DNA of 64,000 bases from Leucoraja ocellata. Lineage: Eukaryota. Location of the stretch: the NCBI GenBank assembly GCA_036785375.1, contig JAWMAR010000421.1, positions 1,178,001 through 1,242,000 of the forward strand, read 5' to 3'. Shown here one piece after another: positions 1 to 12,883 of the stretch. The first letter of the stretch is position 1. Each line of letters begins with the position of its first letter. Both the position numbers and the translations under genes were made by a program. The notes below the pieces were generated by a model that saw nothing but the letters and a program-made list of their open reading frames with translations, was not told the origin of the DNA and did no database searches.

Positions 1-895
1 AGTGATACCGCAAATCCATGTATAAGCTTGCAAAGCCAATAAGGATGCCAAGAGGGAAGTCCGGACCAAGATCGAGCCCAGGGTGATCACTCACACCCCC
101 GTTAATTGTGGCAAGGTATAAATGCCACAAAATGGGTGACAAAGTGAAGTCAGGCAACATCAAGAGACTATTATGGTGTCCCTTCCCAACAAGATCAATG
201 TATACTACACTCGCTTTGAACCGAAGGTCAGTGGAATAACCGCACACATCCCAGATGTTAGATCGACCTTCCTGACAGTAAACCCACAGAAATAAACTGG
301 ACTGGATGGAGGCTCTGGCTGTGACCTCAAAACCTGTGCAGCCCAGCTGGCAGGATTATTCACGGACATCTTTAACTTTCCCCGACTACATTCTGAAGTT
401 CCCACCTAATTTAACAAGCCAACCAAGTGCCAATGAAAAGGAAGTTTGTGTTCCTTAATGACGTCCATCTGGTGGCTCTGGCATCCACCATGGTGTAGTG
501 TTTCGAGAGGCTGGTCATAGTACACATTAACTCCAGCCTCCCAGATGGTATTGTTCCACTACAATTCATTGACAACTGCAAAATATACAGAGTAGATAAA
601 CACCATCTCCCTGGCTCTTCACTCATCGCTGGAACATCTGGATGACACTTCTGTTTATTGACTATAGCTCCACCTTCAACATCATAATCACAGCCAAACT
701 CATCTCCATACTCCTGGGCCTTGGAGTGAGCACTCCGTTCTGGATTCTCAACTTGCTGACACATGGACGCAATCAGTAAGGAAAGGCAACAAAGCATCCT
801 CCACAATGATTATCAACGCCAATGCCCTGCCTCCCTATACACTAATAACTGCAGCCAAATTCTCATTTACAAATTTGCAGGTGACACCACCGCAA
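1..895 (+). mobile_element. Degraded Rex1/Babar LINE RT fragment
   Basis: Remnants such as LKTCAAQLAGLFTDIFN, VALASTMV-CFERLV and KFAGDTT, with frameshifts. Confidence 0.75.
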
Positions 896-2082
896 GAATG
901 TAAAAAACTGTGATCCAAGTACTCTCCCATTAACCACTCTATACAAATCTACGGTGCGCACCTGCATACATCTTATACTGGCAGCTATGTTTAATATTAC
1001 TGCTAGTCACACTTAATGCAAAACTTCTCAGATGATTTGTTAGGATGGAAATGTGAAATGCTCTGGTATAACAGGTATGCTTACCTTTTGCAAAAGCTGA
1101 CTGGCTGTCAGCTTGCTATATATATATATTGGTTCTGTGTGACCTGCACCATGCTTGCTAAAGCAATATTGTAAACCTAAACAAATCGTTCTCAGAGCAA
1201 CTCTCCCGAGACCAGAAAATTCCTTCCTCACCTGCTCCCAAAATCTGTGCCGCTGAGACAGCACTAACTTTTGCAGTCATACATTCGCAGCACTTTACTT
1301 CCAAGGAGAATGTCAGTTCACCAAAAAAAGGTCTAGCTTCATAGTAGAAACTTCAAAAGCTGTTTTCTCTAATGTTTGGCCTCAATCTTTCTGCAGCTGT
1401 TATTCATTATGAATTACCCCAGAAGAACAACCAGCAATCCTTTAGAGATACCAAATAATGTCATCCTTGCCCATAGTGTACAGCATAATTAATGGTAAAG
1501 AGATTAACACATATTATAATTTGAGGCATAGGCAATGTCTCTGTATTGCACTTTTGCCTATTAAGACCCAAGAGGTAGAAACTATTGGCCCATACTTCAT
1601 GTGGGCGATGTCTTAAAACTTCAGAATTTACCCAAGCATAGTTAACTTCAGGTTTGTCAATTTCAATTCCAGAATTTACTTTCACCAGATTTTTTTAAAT
1701 TTAATCAGGGAAATAAGTTGGAAAAGATTAGCTCTTTTGAAATGGAGTTATATTTTTCTATAACTGATTCCAATGAAAATAGTCAAATGGAAATATTTAT
1801 CCTCTTGGTTAATATAATTAATGAAGGTTAATGCAAACTTTCACCAGTAATGCTAATGTCTTAAAGGAAATATTTCAAATTGATCTTGATTCTACATGGA
1901 CACCAAACAAGCCAAATTTTATTGTGCTTATTGCTGACTTTGGCAAGACTTTAAAATGTAACTGTGCTGGCATCAGAACCGAAATAATCTTTTAATAATA
2001 TTTTAATTTATAAAAAAACTACCACAAAGCTGTCCTAGGTGGCCTTTTTTTTTTTTACAAAGTTACGGATACTAATTTATTT

Positions 2083-2215
2083 GTAGAAACAAAGAACTGC
2101 AGGTGCTGGTTTATGCACAAAAGGACACAACGTGCTGGAGTAATTCAGCGGGTCAGGCAACATCCCTGGAGAACGTGGATAGATAATGTTTCGGGTCAAG
2201 ACCCTTCTTCAGACT
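2083..2215 (-). mobile_element. Penelope-like pLTR fragment with a degenerate hammerhead core
   Basis: Minus strand CTGAAGAAGGGTCTTGACCCGAAAC; cleavage triplet mutated. Confidence 0.7.
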
Positions 2216-3769
2216 CATTGCCTTCACAAATATTCAATGCACATCTTTGCCATGACTTGTGCTACTCAGCAAATTGAAGTCAATCTTATGCCAAGTTGTA
2301 AGTAAAAACAGTGGACAGCTGGCAGCATTAATCCTTCCCTAACACTGGTTTGGTGACTTCCCTGATTAATAAGACAGTATTGATCCAACTGATCCACTGA
2401 TTGAACCACGTTCAATATACATTGTCTCAGCAACGGCACAAAACCACTCCCAATGCAATATAAATATGTAAAGGAATGCTCAGTGGCAGGTTTACCTCAA
2501 TGCCGGTTTATTGATATTTAACCAAAAGCATTGAAGAGATTGTTTTAACAATATTAAACATTGTTGTATGATGATGATGAGATTCATTGCTGTATGATGA
2601 TGATGATGCAAGTGATTCCCTTTCTGTGGAAGAAAGGTGGGAGGCAACTTAGGGCTCCCATATCATAAAGAGGAAAATAGGTAACATGGGTTAAAAAGAT
2701 AGCAGGAAGTTCTGTCCAGAAAGGATGCATTCAAAGAATATTAGCATCCACATGCACTTGATTGAGCAGCATTGTGACCAACAGCTAACATTAAGGAGTT
2801 TTAGTGAGTTTCAACATGCCTGAACTTCTGTGCATGTGTGGCAGTCAAGATTATAATAGCCCTTAATTTTCTTACCTCGGACTCAAATGGGGCAACTGCA
2901 ATGCAAATCAGCGACATCTCCCAATTTAGAGCAGATTATTGCATATGGAAGATAGAGGTGCTTTGCTCAAGAACAGAAATGCTCCTTAACAAATTCTTTG
3001 AATAGGAAATTCCTTTAATGCTTCACATAGTCTGCAAATCATGTACACAAAAAAAACACCAGCAAAATTGCATAATTTCTTAATTCTGCCCATATTCATG
3101 CCTATGTGTCAAATCAATGGATGGATCTTGGGCAACAATAACAGTTGCAAAATTCCTGCCTCTGAATTTTAGCCAGAGCCACCCAAAACGAAACACAGGT
3201 CTTTATTTTAGTGCTGAGTATAAATTTCAATACCCAGGCTGATATGGAGTCTTTCCAATAAACTCCCAAGAAACTGTTTCACACTTTGTTGTTGCAATCT
3301 GGTCCTTGGCAAGATGAGATGATCAAGCAAGAAGGTGATAATGAGAGCCCCCCCCCCTGGACTTTCTGTTAGGGCTTAATTAATCACCCAAGGAGCTGAG
3401 CACCATCAATGAAGTTCAGAGTAAGAAGCAATCCATTCTCAGAAGCATCAAGTGATCATCATTCCAGCTGGGTTGACAAGCAACATAAGGCCAATACCAA
3501 TACCAGAAAATCAGTATTTCCAGTAGGAAAGCTTATCAACAACCTGAGGCCTCAACAAAAAAACAAAAACCACAGCAACGTAGAATTAAGGTAAATGTAA
3601 AGTGTAAATGGTATATTAAGGGAAAAGGAATAATCAGGAAAAAAAAATGTAGGGCACATTAGCACCAGCATGAGAAAACATGGGCGAGGAGCCAGAAGGT
3701 ATAGGTGATTTCCTACATAAGTGAATAGCTTTCATTGGTATTCACAAAGGGAATAAACTTTGTAATTGA

Positions 3770-4070
3770 TGGAAAAAACAAACTGTTGGAGGAACAGGTC
3801 AGACAACGTTTTGAGTCAGAATTCATCTGCAGACTGATGGAGTGAACGGGAGATAACTAGAAGTGAAGGAAAGGGATGGGGATCGAACCTGGCAAGTGAT
3901 GTGGATCTAGGTAAAGGGGCATTGATTGGCTGTTAGGGAGAAGAGTAGAGACATTAGCCAAGGCTGGAGGTGATGTGGAGATGACAGAAAGGTACAATTG
4001 GTGGAATATGATAAGAAAGGAAAGAGTTGTGCAATGTTGAACCAGAAGGATGGGAGGTAGGTGGAAGAAA
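3770..4070 (-). mobile_element. Degraded Penelope-like 3' region/pLTR
   Basis: Similar to 20060-20360 and the reverse complement of 42560-42870. Confidence 0.5.
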
Positions 4071-5093
4071 CCTCCTCTCCCCCCCCCCCCCCCAGCCTAC
4101 TCACTTTTGATCTTGTAGTTGATGAACATTGTTGAAGCTGACAATGTGTAGGCCCTCCATCACTACTATTATCACTTGGGGATAGGATGATTGATCGCCA
4201 ACCCCCATACTGATGATGTCTGAGATACAATATCAGCCATTGCAGTATCTTTCCCTGGTGGGAATAGCTCCATGATGCGATTCCAGTGAGCACAATTTCT
4301 AATTTTGGTCATGCCCTATTTTTCTAAGACAAGTTTACTGTCCTACGTGATGTTTTTACTAGCGTACTCAATGTGAACATGTCTGCCCAGTCACAAACTA
4401 CTCAATTATATACAACAAAGCAGCTTAGAGTATTTAATTATATGGAGTTATATCCTAGTTTGTTAGTGAAGTGGTGTTTAATTCACATTCCTTTCTCTCA
4501 TTCATTGATTCAAAGATCGGCAGCTTAGGCTGTGTAGAAGCTGCTAACCTCTGCAATAACTTTATGCCAACCATAACGATAAATAAACTGCTTTCTAATT
4601 TATCAAGTCACAAAAATATTTGCAGTATATTCATTCTTAACTACTTACAACTAACAAATATTAATTTAGGGGAAATTGAAAATATCACATCTTTTTACCT
4701 TAGTTGCTTATACTGGCTTCACCACAGATAACATAATGTTTACAAACCAAAATGTCTATTTGGCAACTGTTTATTAACCAGAATTCTTTCCTTTGGAAAT
4801 GTAAAATAAGAAAATAGTGGGGTTAGATCTTTGATCACTATTACAAAATGGATGCCGTGAAATCCTCTGTCTCCACCACACCCTCCCATGACTTCCAAAT
4901 TTCATTTCCATTGATGTCACTGAATGTCAAGAAATGCCAAAGCCAGCCTATACCATGTACCCGTTTTGTTCTTGTATTTAAAAATGAATTTCTGCTCATT
5001 TAGTTCTTAGTCTATTCCACGTAATTTTATAAACTTCAATCCCATTTTTCTTTGCCACCTTTATTCCAGATTTGTTTTCCCCAAACTATCCAA

Positions 5094-5544
5094 CAGAGAA
5101 CAGGAAAGCTCTCCAACGCGTCATTAAGACTGCTGAGAGGATCACTGGCACCCAGCTCCCCAGACTGGAGGACATCTACCGGACACGCTGCATCCGGAGG
5201 GTCAAGGGCATCATTAGAGACAGCACACACCCTGGACACTGCCTCTTCACCCCCCTGCCCTCAGGAAGACGATACAGGACACTGAGCGCCCGCATGACAA
5301 GACTAAAAAACAGCTTCTACCATAGAGCTGTGACACTACTGAACTCTATCCCCCTCCCACACTGATTTCCCCCCATCTCTCTCACACACCCGCCCATACT
5401 CCTATATGTTTATAGTCTAATTTTTTTAAGAGTTCTTTTTTAAACGTATTTTTATACTCATATTCCTGTGCAGCTGGAGGACTGCTCCAACAAAATGTTG
5501 TTGTCTTGTACAATGACAATAAAGATGATTATTATTATTATTAT
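5094..5544 (+). mobile_element. 5'-truncated Rex1/Babar LINE 3' end
   Basis: Intact C-terminal ORF (LQRVIKTAERITG...HPGHCLFTPLPSGRRYR...KNSFYHRAVTLLN), AATAAA and (TTA)n tail, TATCCAA duplicated at 5087-5093 and 5545-5551. Confidence 0.85.
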
Positions 5545-6257
5545 TATCCAAATTGTCCTCATAGATAACATTTTCTCATCCAGGCAACATACTCATAAGT
5601 CTCCCCATTGCAAATACATCTTTCCTTTGATGTGATTACTGTAGGTGCATGCTATGGTCAAACTCGTGTTGTCCATTGTTCCAATATAACCTCCCTCTTC
5701 TTATACCCAATACCTTGATCAGTAAACAAAAGCATCCCATCAACTTTTACAACCAGCTTTTTGTCCTTCCCTTCTATTTTGGACATTAACTCAGAAATCC
5801 TCCATATCACTCAATATAATTCAGTTTATTATATGTACACTTGTCTTGTTGCACCTCTCCGAATTCACTACCTTACATTCCTATGGATTAAATGTCATTT
5901 GTTACCTTTCTGTCCAAATAATCATATTTCTGCCGTCTAAAGCTTTCCTCTTCATTTTTAACTGTCAGATTTTGCATTATGTACTAACTATATCATGCCC
6001 CTACAATTAAGACAAAATCAATAACATATGTGGCAACAAGCAATAGACCAAGTAATGATCCCAATGATAACAGTCATAATCACAACAAAAAAAATCAATA
6101 CCCTATTCTTCTAGCCACTGAGCCAATTTTGGATCCAATGTATTACTTTCCCGTTTACTTTTTTTTACCTTTTTGACTATGCCGTCAAAAACATTGCAAA
6201 TATCAAAGTAGATTCCATCAGACATACTGCCTTCAGCACATTGTTATCTTCCTAAAA

Positions 6258-6545
6258 TGGTAGACTCGCAGCACCAGAGACCTGGGTTCGATCATGACCT
6301 TGGATGCTGCCAGTGTAGTTTGCACATTCTCCCTGTGATCGCAATGGAATTCCTCCAGGTGCTCCGGTTTCCTCCCACATCCTAAAGGTGTGCGGGTTTG
6401 TAGGTTAATTGGCCGCTATAAATTGCCCCTTGTGTGTAGGGAGTGGATACGAAAGTGGGAAAACAGAACAGATGTGAACGGATGATCAATAGTTAGCGTG
6501 GACTCGATTGGGCAAAGGGTTTGTTTCTATGCAGTCTCTTTAAAT
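6258..6545 (+). mobile_element. HE1-type (V-SINE) tRNA-derived SINE
   Basis: B-box gggttcgatc, V-domain ggtgctccggtttcctcccacatcc, CR1-like tail. Confidence 0.75.
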
Positions 6546-7560
6546 CCTTCAGTCAATCAAGTAACCAGTTAACAAACCAGTTAACATTCATTTTGCATTC
6601 ATTAAATCTTCTGATTTCCCATAATAAGAAAATTACTAATACAAGTGGAGATTTATTGTGTACAAAAAAACGAATGTTCATAGCAACTAAATCACTCTTT
6701 GTTTTCATGTATGCTGCTAGTACAGTTAAAGGCTGTAAATACTCAAATATATTTTTCAGAGGGAGGAAAGATGAACTTCTATGCTCAAGGTAAGGTTCAC
6801 AATATACTAAATGAAATGTCTCTGTTTTTGGTATAAAGATTATACAGGTAGTATACTTCAAATGTGCATTGAAACCATAACAACAGTGGCTACAGTCCTG
6901 AAAGAGAAGCCTCCATTGTTCAGAATTTGTAATCAGCAATGATTGTTATATTCCACAAAGATAACAGATAAAAAATTGTCCATGATTTTGGTATGAGCTC
7001 CTTGCCTCAACATCATGTGACAGGCTTAAGGTGAAAAGGGAAAGATTTAAAGGGGAGCCAGGGGGCATGATTTTCTTGCAGAGGGTGGTAGATATACAGG
7101 ACAATATACCAGAGAGAGAAAAGGGGCAAGAACAATTACAATATAACATAAGCAAAAGAGACCATCTCAGGTAGACATCGTGGTCAGCATGGACAAGTTG
7201 GCAAAAGGACATCTCAATACCTGTACTATATAACTTTATCCAGATGGCTTAGAAATTTAAATTAATTGGTGGGCAGATTGGAGAACAGCTGAGAGAAATA
7301 TTTTTCACTCATGGTATAGCAGGTGTCTAAAACTCTGCTTAATAGTGTGATGGAGACAATGATTCTTACCACATTTAAGAGAGACCCCACCCCCCACCCC
7401 TCGGGTAAAATGTCCAGTGTAAAATGGCTGCAGATATCAATTGTTTGGATCACCCTGCATTATTCCAACAATCCAGACAATGGTTCCTGATAATAGGTAC
7501 ATCTATTTGAAGTACATCTTGGATTTATTCAAAGCTGTAGAATACATCTAAATACTCTAA

Positions 7561-7869
7561 AGGCCCTGTCCCACTTTCCCGATTTACTCACAATTTCTCC
7601 CGATATTCCCCTTGATTCGAACTCGGGGAATGTCGGTAGCGAGCTCGAAGGAGGCCGTAGATGTTTCGTAGTGGCTCGTAATGCCAGCCGTAGGAACTCG
7701 GGGCATCAGGTAAGTCGGGACGTTTTTTCAACATGTTGAAAAATATCCACGAGTTTAAAAAAATAACCCCGAGTACCTACCAATGGCTATTATTGTAATT
7801 CCCCAAGTTCGAATCAAGGGGAAAGTTTGGGAGAGTTTGTGAGTAACTCGGGAAAGTGGGACAGGGCCT
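7561..7869. mobile_element. PIF/Harbinger-type MITE
   Basis: About 70-bp imperfect TIRs starting AGGCCCTGTCCCACTTTCCCGA; TAA duplicated at 7558-7560 and 7870-7872. Confidence 0.85.
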
Positions 7870-8156
7870 TAAAGCTACTTTGTAGTAAACTGCAATTTGC
7901 ACTACCAAAGCACCCATACCATCACATATTTCCAATCTTACAATAAAACTGGTTAATATTTACTTCAACCACTTTGAGTGTATATATATATATATATATA
8001 GCAGATTTTCTGGAGAGGTACAGTAGAATATTGCATTGAAGTTACAACATGCTGTGTCAGAATACAGACAAGAGCCACATTACAGCCTTTCAGATCATGA
8101 AAATTCACAATTCGCAAATCACTACCCAAAATTCCGAGATCTGGAATAAAATTCAC

Positions 8157-8164
8157 TGTGTGTG

Positions 8165-8205
<41 letters not shown>

Positions 8206-8222
8206 GTGTGTGTGTGTGTGTG
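8157..8222. repeat. (TG)n microsatellite
   Basis: Read directly; about 33 units with two CG interruptions. Confidence 0.95.
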
Positions 8223-8636
8223 GAGGTGAAATAAACAAATACATTTTTTTCCACTTGCATTTCTTGACGCATGTGCAGATGTGTTTTTGAGAGCTGCAGG
8301 TTAATTTTGTTGAGTTATAACATTAAACTATCTATATTTGATACGACAAGTAATTTGCTGCGAGTTATATCATTTAACCATCTTGCCTATATTTGATATA
8401 TCTATCACCATCACCTTTCAGACTTCCACTTACAAATGGGTGCAATAGAAAATAGGGTTTTGCATTTAATTATGGAAAAATCAGACAGTTTTCAAGGAAC
8501 GCTGCCCGTGTAACATGGTGGTCACCTATATGGGAGCTTAGTTTGCACTTGTGAATTCCAAGCAGTAAGCCCCTCATATGTACCTTAATACAAATATTTT
8601 AGAATACTACTTCAATAGAGAAAGAAACATTTCCAA

Positions 8637-8805
8637 GGTAGACACAAAATGCTGGAGAACTCAGCAGGTCAGGCAGCATCTCTGGAGAGAAGGAATGAGT
8701 GACCTTTCGGGTCGAGACCCTTCTTCAGACTGACCCGCTGAGTTACTCCAGCATTTTCTGTCTACCTTCCATTTCAACCAGCATCTGCAGTTCTTTCCTA
8801 CACAA
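8637..8805. mobile_element. Penelope pLTR inverted-repeat unit, hammerhead on minus strand (8698-8731)
   Basis: gacacaaaatgctggag..ctcagc arm and its reverse complement flank (minus) AGU CUGAAGA A GGGU CUCG ACCC GAAA G GUC ACU. Confidence 0.75.
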
Positions 8806-9374
8806 GAATCATTTCAGGTTCTTCCAACATAAGAGCAAAATAGAAATAGAAACAAATCTGACACAAATCTTGAAATGTAAACAATAACTCGGTTTCTCTT
8901 TCCAAATATGTTGTCTGACCCTACTGAGTTTCCAGTTTTAATTTCAGACTACTAGCATGCTTTTTTTTTTGTTTTTAGAAACAGAAAATATTAGAGCACT
9001 CAGCGCATCAGACAGCATTATTGGAGAGAAACATAATGCTTCACGGGTACTGGAAGTGTGAAAACAAATATATTTTCAGTTGTTGAGCGGGGGAGGTGAG
9101 GAGAGAAATGGTGGGACAAAGCCAATACAGTTTCATCACATCAACATCTTAAGGATGCACTGGAATTTATTTCTAACCAAGTAAGTATATAATCCTATTT
9201 ACTGATTTTTTTTCTGTGCTAATCTAATAAAAATATTTCTCTAACATGCATTCTATGTACCAAAAGCATATCAAAAATTCAATGTAAACATGTTCTAGAT
9301 GGACATATTCTAATTTTAAATAATTTTCAGAAAATATATGAAATTAAATTATTCTGCAACCAATTTCCCTCATG

Positions 9375-10435
9375 GACAGAGGGCAGAGCTGTAGACGTTG
9401 TGTACATGGATTTCAGTAAGGCATTCGACAAGGTTCCGCATGGTAGGCTGCTCTGGATGGTTAGATTGTTAATCCAGGCCAAATTGGAGAGGCTAGGACC
9501 CTAAAATTGAGTAAAGGCTTTGGGGCTGCTAGGCCATTTGGTCAATTTAAAAGTGCTTTCTGTAGAAATGGGACAAGCTGCAGAATGGTGCCAGTTTGTC
9601 TAGAGCCTAGATCAGAGCTGCAGGAAGAGAATGGGAACATCTGCAGACTCTGACAATAATCGCAAAATGCATAAAATGGATCGGATGAAAGCAAACCAGA
9701 CATACACATTGTAAATAATGGTGAAAAAGTTTACTTTGTTGGATGTTGATTGGATTAAGTATTGAGCCTTGTCTGGTTTTCTTGCATATCAGGGCACATG
9801 TTGCGATGTTCGTTTCCTCTGAGAACACTGTTTGAATACAATGTATTAGCCACTGCATTATTGGGTTACGGAGATGTCTGTCATGTATGCGGTTAATCGA
9901 TATCTGTAATTGGATTGTAAAGAGACCACCCCCATGTGGTTCAGCCTCTCGAGGTCCGGGGACCTATAAAAGTCCACTGCCCCAAGGTCCTGCGTCGATC
10001 GTCTCGGAGAGCGCTTAGGACGGCATGACCTTCTGGAGTGTCTCTGTTTGAACGAGGCCAAGACGGCTTGATCAGGCAGATTGTAATTGTGTTTTGTCAA
10101 AATAAAGTTTAGCTGTGCAAGTGCTTGATTCAGTGATTTTTGACTGAAACTAGACTGGGGGTAAACTTAGAACGAGCTATCTACAAGATCACATGGGATC
10201 CAAGGAGATAGCTGAATGGATAGCAAATTGGCTCCATGGAAGGAAGCAGCGGATGATGGTGGAAGGTTGCTTCCCGGACTGGAGGCTTGTGACTAGTACA
10301 TGGATACGACAGGTTTGGAGGGATATGGACCAAGAGCAGGCAAGTGGGACTAGTGTAGCAGGGACATTGCTGGCCAATTTTGGGCAGGTTGGGCCGAAGG
10401 GCCTGTTTCTACACTGTATCACTCTATGACTATGA
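9375..10435 (+). mobile_element. CR1 LINE fragment (host of the solo LTR), internally deleted
   Basis: RAVDVVYMDFSKAFDKVPHGRLL left of the LTR; WIANWLHGRKQRMMVEG right of it; then a jump to the CR1 3' tail (gggccgaagggcctgtttc). Confidence 0.85.
9467..10185 (+). mobile_element. Solo LTR (719 bp; Gypsy or ERV type)
   Basis: TGT...ACA termini, AGAT TSD (9463-9466, 10186-10189), TATAAAA 9965-9971, AATAAA 10101-10106; splits a CR1 RT fragment that resumes after the TSD. Confidence 0.85.
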
Positions 10436-10804
10436 CAAACTATAATAAAATGTTTCAATTGCGGCTCTGTGAAGTTTAATTAAAACTGTCTTTGTTCACT
10501 GATGTGTCATTTTACAACTCTCCAGGAGAAAGACATCTATTATTTCATATTAATTACCTACTGAAAAGAGCATTATATTTACAAAAACATTATAACAGCA
10601 ACTCCTCCTTATTGTACCTAGATTCTTGGGATTGAAACTAAATCCACTTCAGTTTTGATGGTTCTGAGATAGCTGATAAAGCCAATGTGGGAACTGCACT
10701 CAAACATGAAACAGGAGGTGGTATGATGAGTCAAGAGAGTGGCTAGTTTGAGAGATCGTGTAGGCAATGAACCTCTTTAGTCTGCCAGGTACCCTGGTAT
10801 CAGT

Positions 10805-11450
10805 ATATTATTGTCATGTGTACCAAGATACTATGAGAAACTCTGTTTCACGTGCTACCCAGTTGAAAACATTCATACATGGTTACAATCAAAATCATGC
10901 ACCAATACAACAGGTACTGTAAAGAGAAAGGAAACAGAGTGCAGAATACAGTGTTACAGCTACAGAGAATATGCACATTAATAAAAATGTGCAAGAGCCA
11001 CAATGAGGTAGAAATTGGGGGAAAGGAGGGGTTTAGGAATATATCCTTAACTAGTGAAAGATCCTTTCTCGAGTCTGATACAGATAGGAAGAAGCAGTCC
11101 TTGGATTTGGTAGAGCGTGCTTTCAAACATTCATGCTCTTCTGCCTGAGGAAGAGGGGAGAAAAGGGAATGACTGGGCTGTGAGTGGCCCTCGATTGTGT
11201 TGGCCACATAAAGAGGCAAAATAAAATGCAGAGAATAAATGTTGGGGAAGGCTGGGTGGCATGATGTGCTGAGCTCCATCCACAAATCTCTTGCAGCTTT
11301 GGGAAGAGCAGTTGCCAAACCAAGTTCTGATAATCCCAAAAGGATCTTTCTAAGGTACATCTATAGAATTTTGTATTATTCATTTGGGTCCTGCTGAATT
11401 TCCTGAGTTTTCTAAGGCAATGGAGGCACTGCTGTGTTTTCCTTCCCATA
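10805..11450 (-). mobile_element. Rex1/Babar LINE 3' fragment
   Basis: Minus-strand QQCLHCLRKLRKF, FYRCTLE and HSLFSPLP remnants. Confidence 0.75.
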
Positions 11451-12883
11451 ACAGGTCTGGAAATTGTCTGTCCAATGCAGGAATCTGCTGTTGGTCATGT
11501 GAATAACATGAACTACTCAACAAAGGTTACTGAATGTAATTAGGGCCTCAACATTGGGCATTTTGGCTCCTTGAGAGCAATCTGAATCTCATTATTGACA
11601 TTGACGTTTGTCATGTGGTAGCTCCAAGGTTATATCAAGTGGTTCACATTTCCCAGGGCCTTGCCATTATTATTCTCTTTTCATTATTGTTTCTTTCCAT
11701 AGATGCTGCCTGACCTAGAGAAACATTCCCTCAAGTGCTATTTGCTTTAGTAATTTTGCATTCAGTTGCAGAGAGAAAAATATTTTGAAAAGAGTTTCCA
11801 CTAAAAACATTCCTCCAGCTGGTAAATTTGCTGGAGGCCTTCTTAGTTGGGATCAATTTTTAGTATGTGGTGAGGTTAAAATCAAAATCTAGAAAATCTT
11901 ATTTCTACTTTCTGCAGGATTTTACAATCTCCAACACTAATACAGGTTGACAGATTAATCCTCTTTTAGATTATTGAATCTAACTGGTGTACACCTGCAC
12001 ACATATTATGAGGGCACGAAATAGTCTTACAATTTGATTTCCTTGGGGGTAATAATTCTGAGATGTTTTCATGATTTACTTCTTCATAAAAGAAACTTCA
12101 AGATTACCAAAATAAAAAACATTTCCATCGGTTCAATTTGAACCCTATTCAACTTTAATGGGGGTTTAAGATCTAAGTGAAAGCACCACTGTTGATTTCC
12201 TGTACTTTTATGAACCTTACTCCATTAAGATCAATTAAGAATATCAACCTTATTATGTCTATTTTTGTGCTATACAAACCTAGAGTGCCTGTGGCTAGCA
12301 AACACAGATTTAATACTGCTGAGGGACAAAGCTCCAAATAAAACTCAAGGCTTTCACATTTGAATAGAAAAGCCTCTGGCGATGCTTGGGTTATCCCTGC
12401 TATTTTCCTTTTCATAGAAAGCATCTTTTAATGGCCCACCATCACAGAAAGCAACATTTTATTTTGCTTTAAAGGAAATACTACAGCACATCCAAGGTAT
12501 TACACAGTTATTCAGTGTTGTGCAACCTTATACAGGCCGCTCCTGGGTAATAAGTGGGCTCCAATTTTACAGACGTACACAAGTCATTTTTGTCCATAAA
12601 CTGGAAACCTAATTTACCTAAATTTGAAATTTTCAATAACCCCAGAGACATGAACAACATAATATCTTTCCCAAAACTATACATTCAGCAAATGATAATG
12701 ATTTGAATGTGAAGACACCCACATTTCATTTCTAATAAATGATTATTAACCTTTAAAACATTAATTCTGTTTCTCCTTCATATCCACTTTCATATCTCAG
12801 GGACATGGCAAACAAGAATGCTCCTGAAAATGGATGCCAGCATCGCATGTACAATTCACTTGTGCATGTCAACTTATGTTGCT

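Noticed and set aside
8637-8805. Recurring gctggagtaactcagc motif as a CRISPR-like repeat or MITE TIR
   Set aside because: The copies are dispersed, not regularly spaced, and linked to GIY-YIG remnants; Penelope pLTRs explain them. The DNA is eukaryotic.
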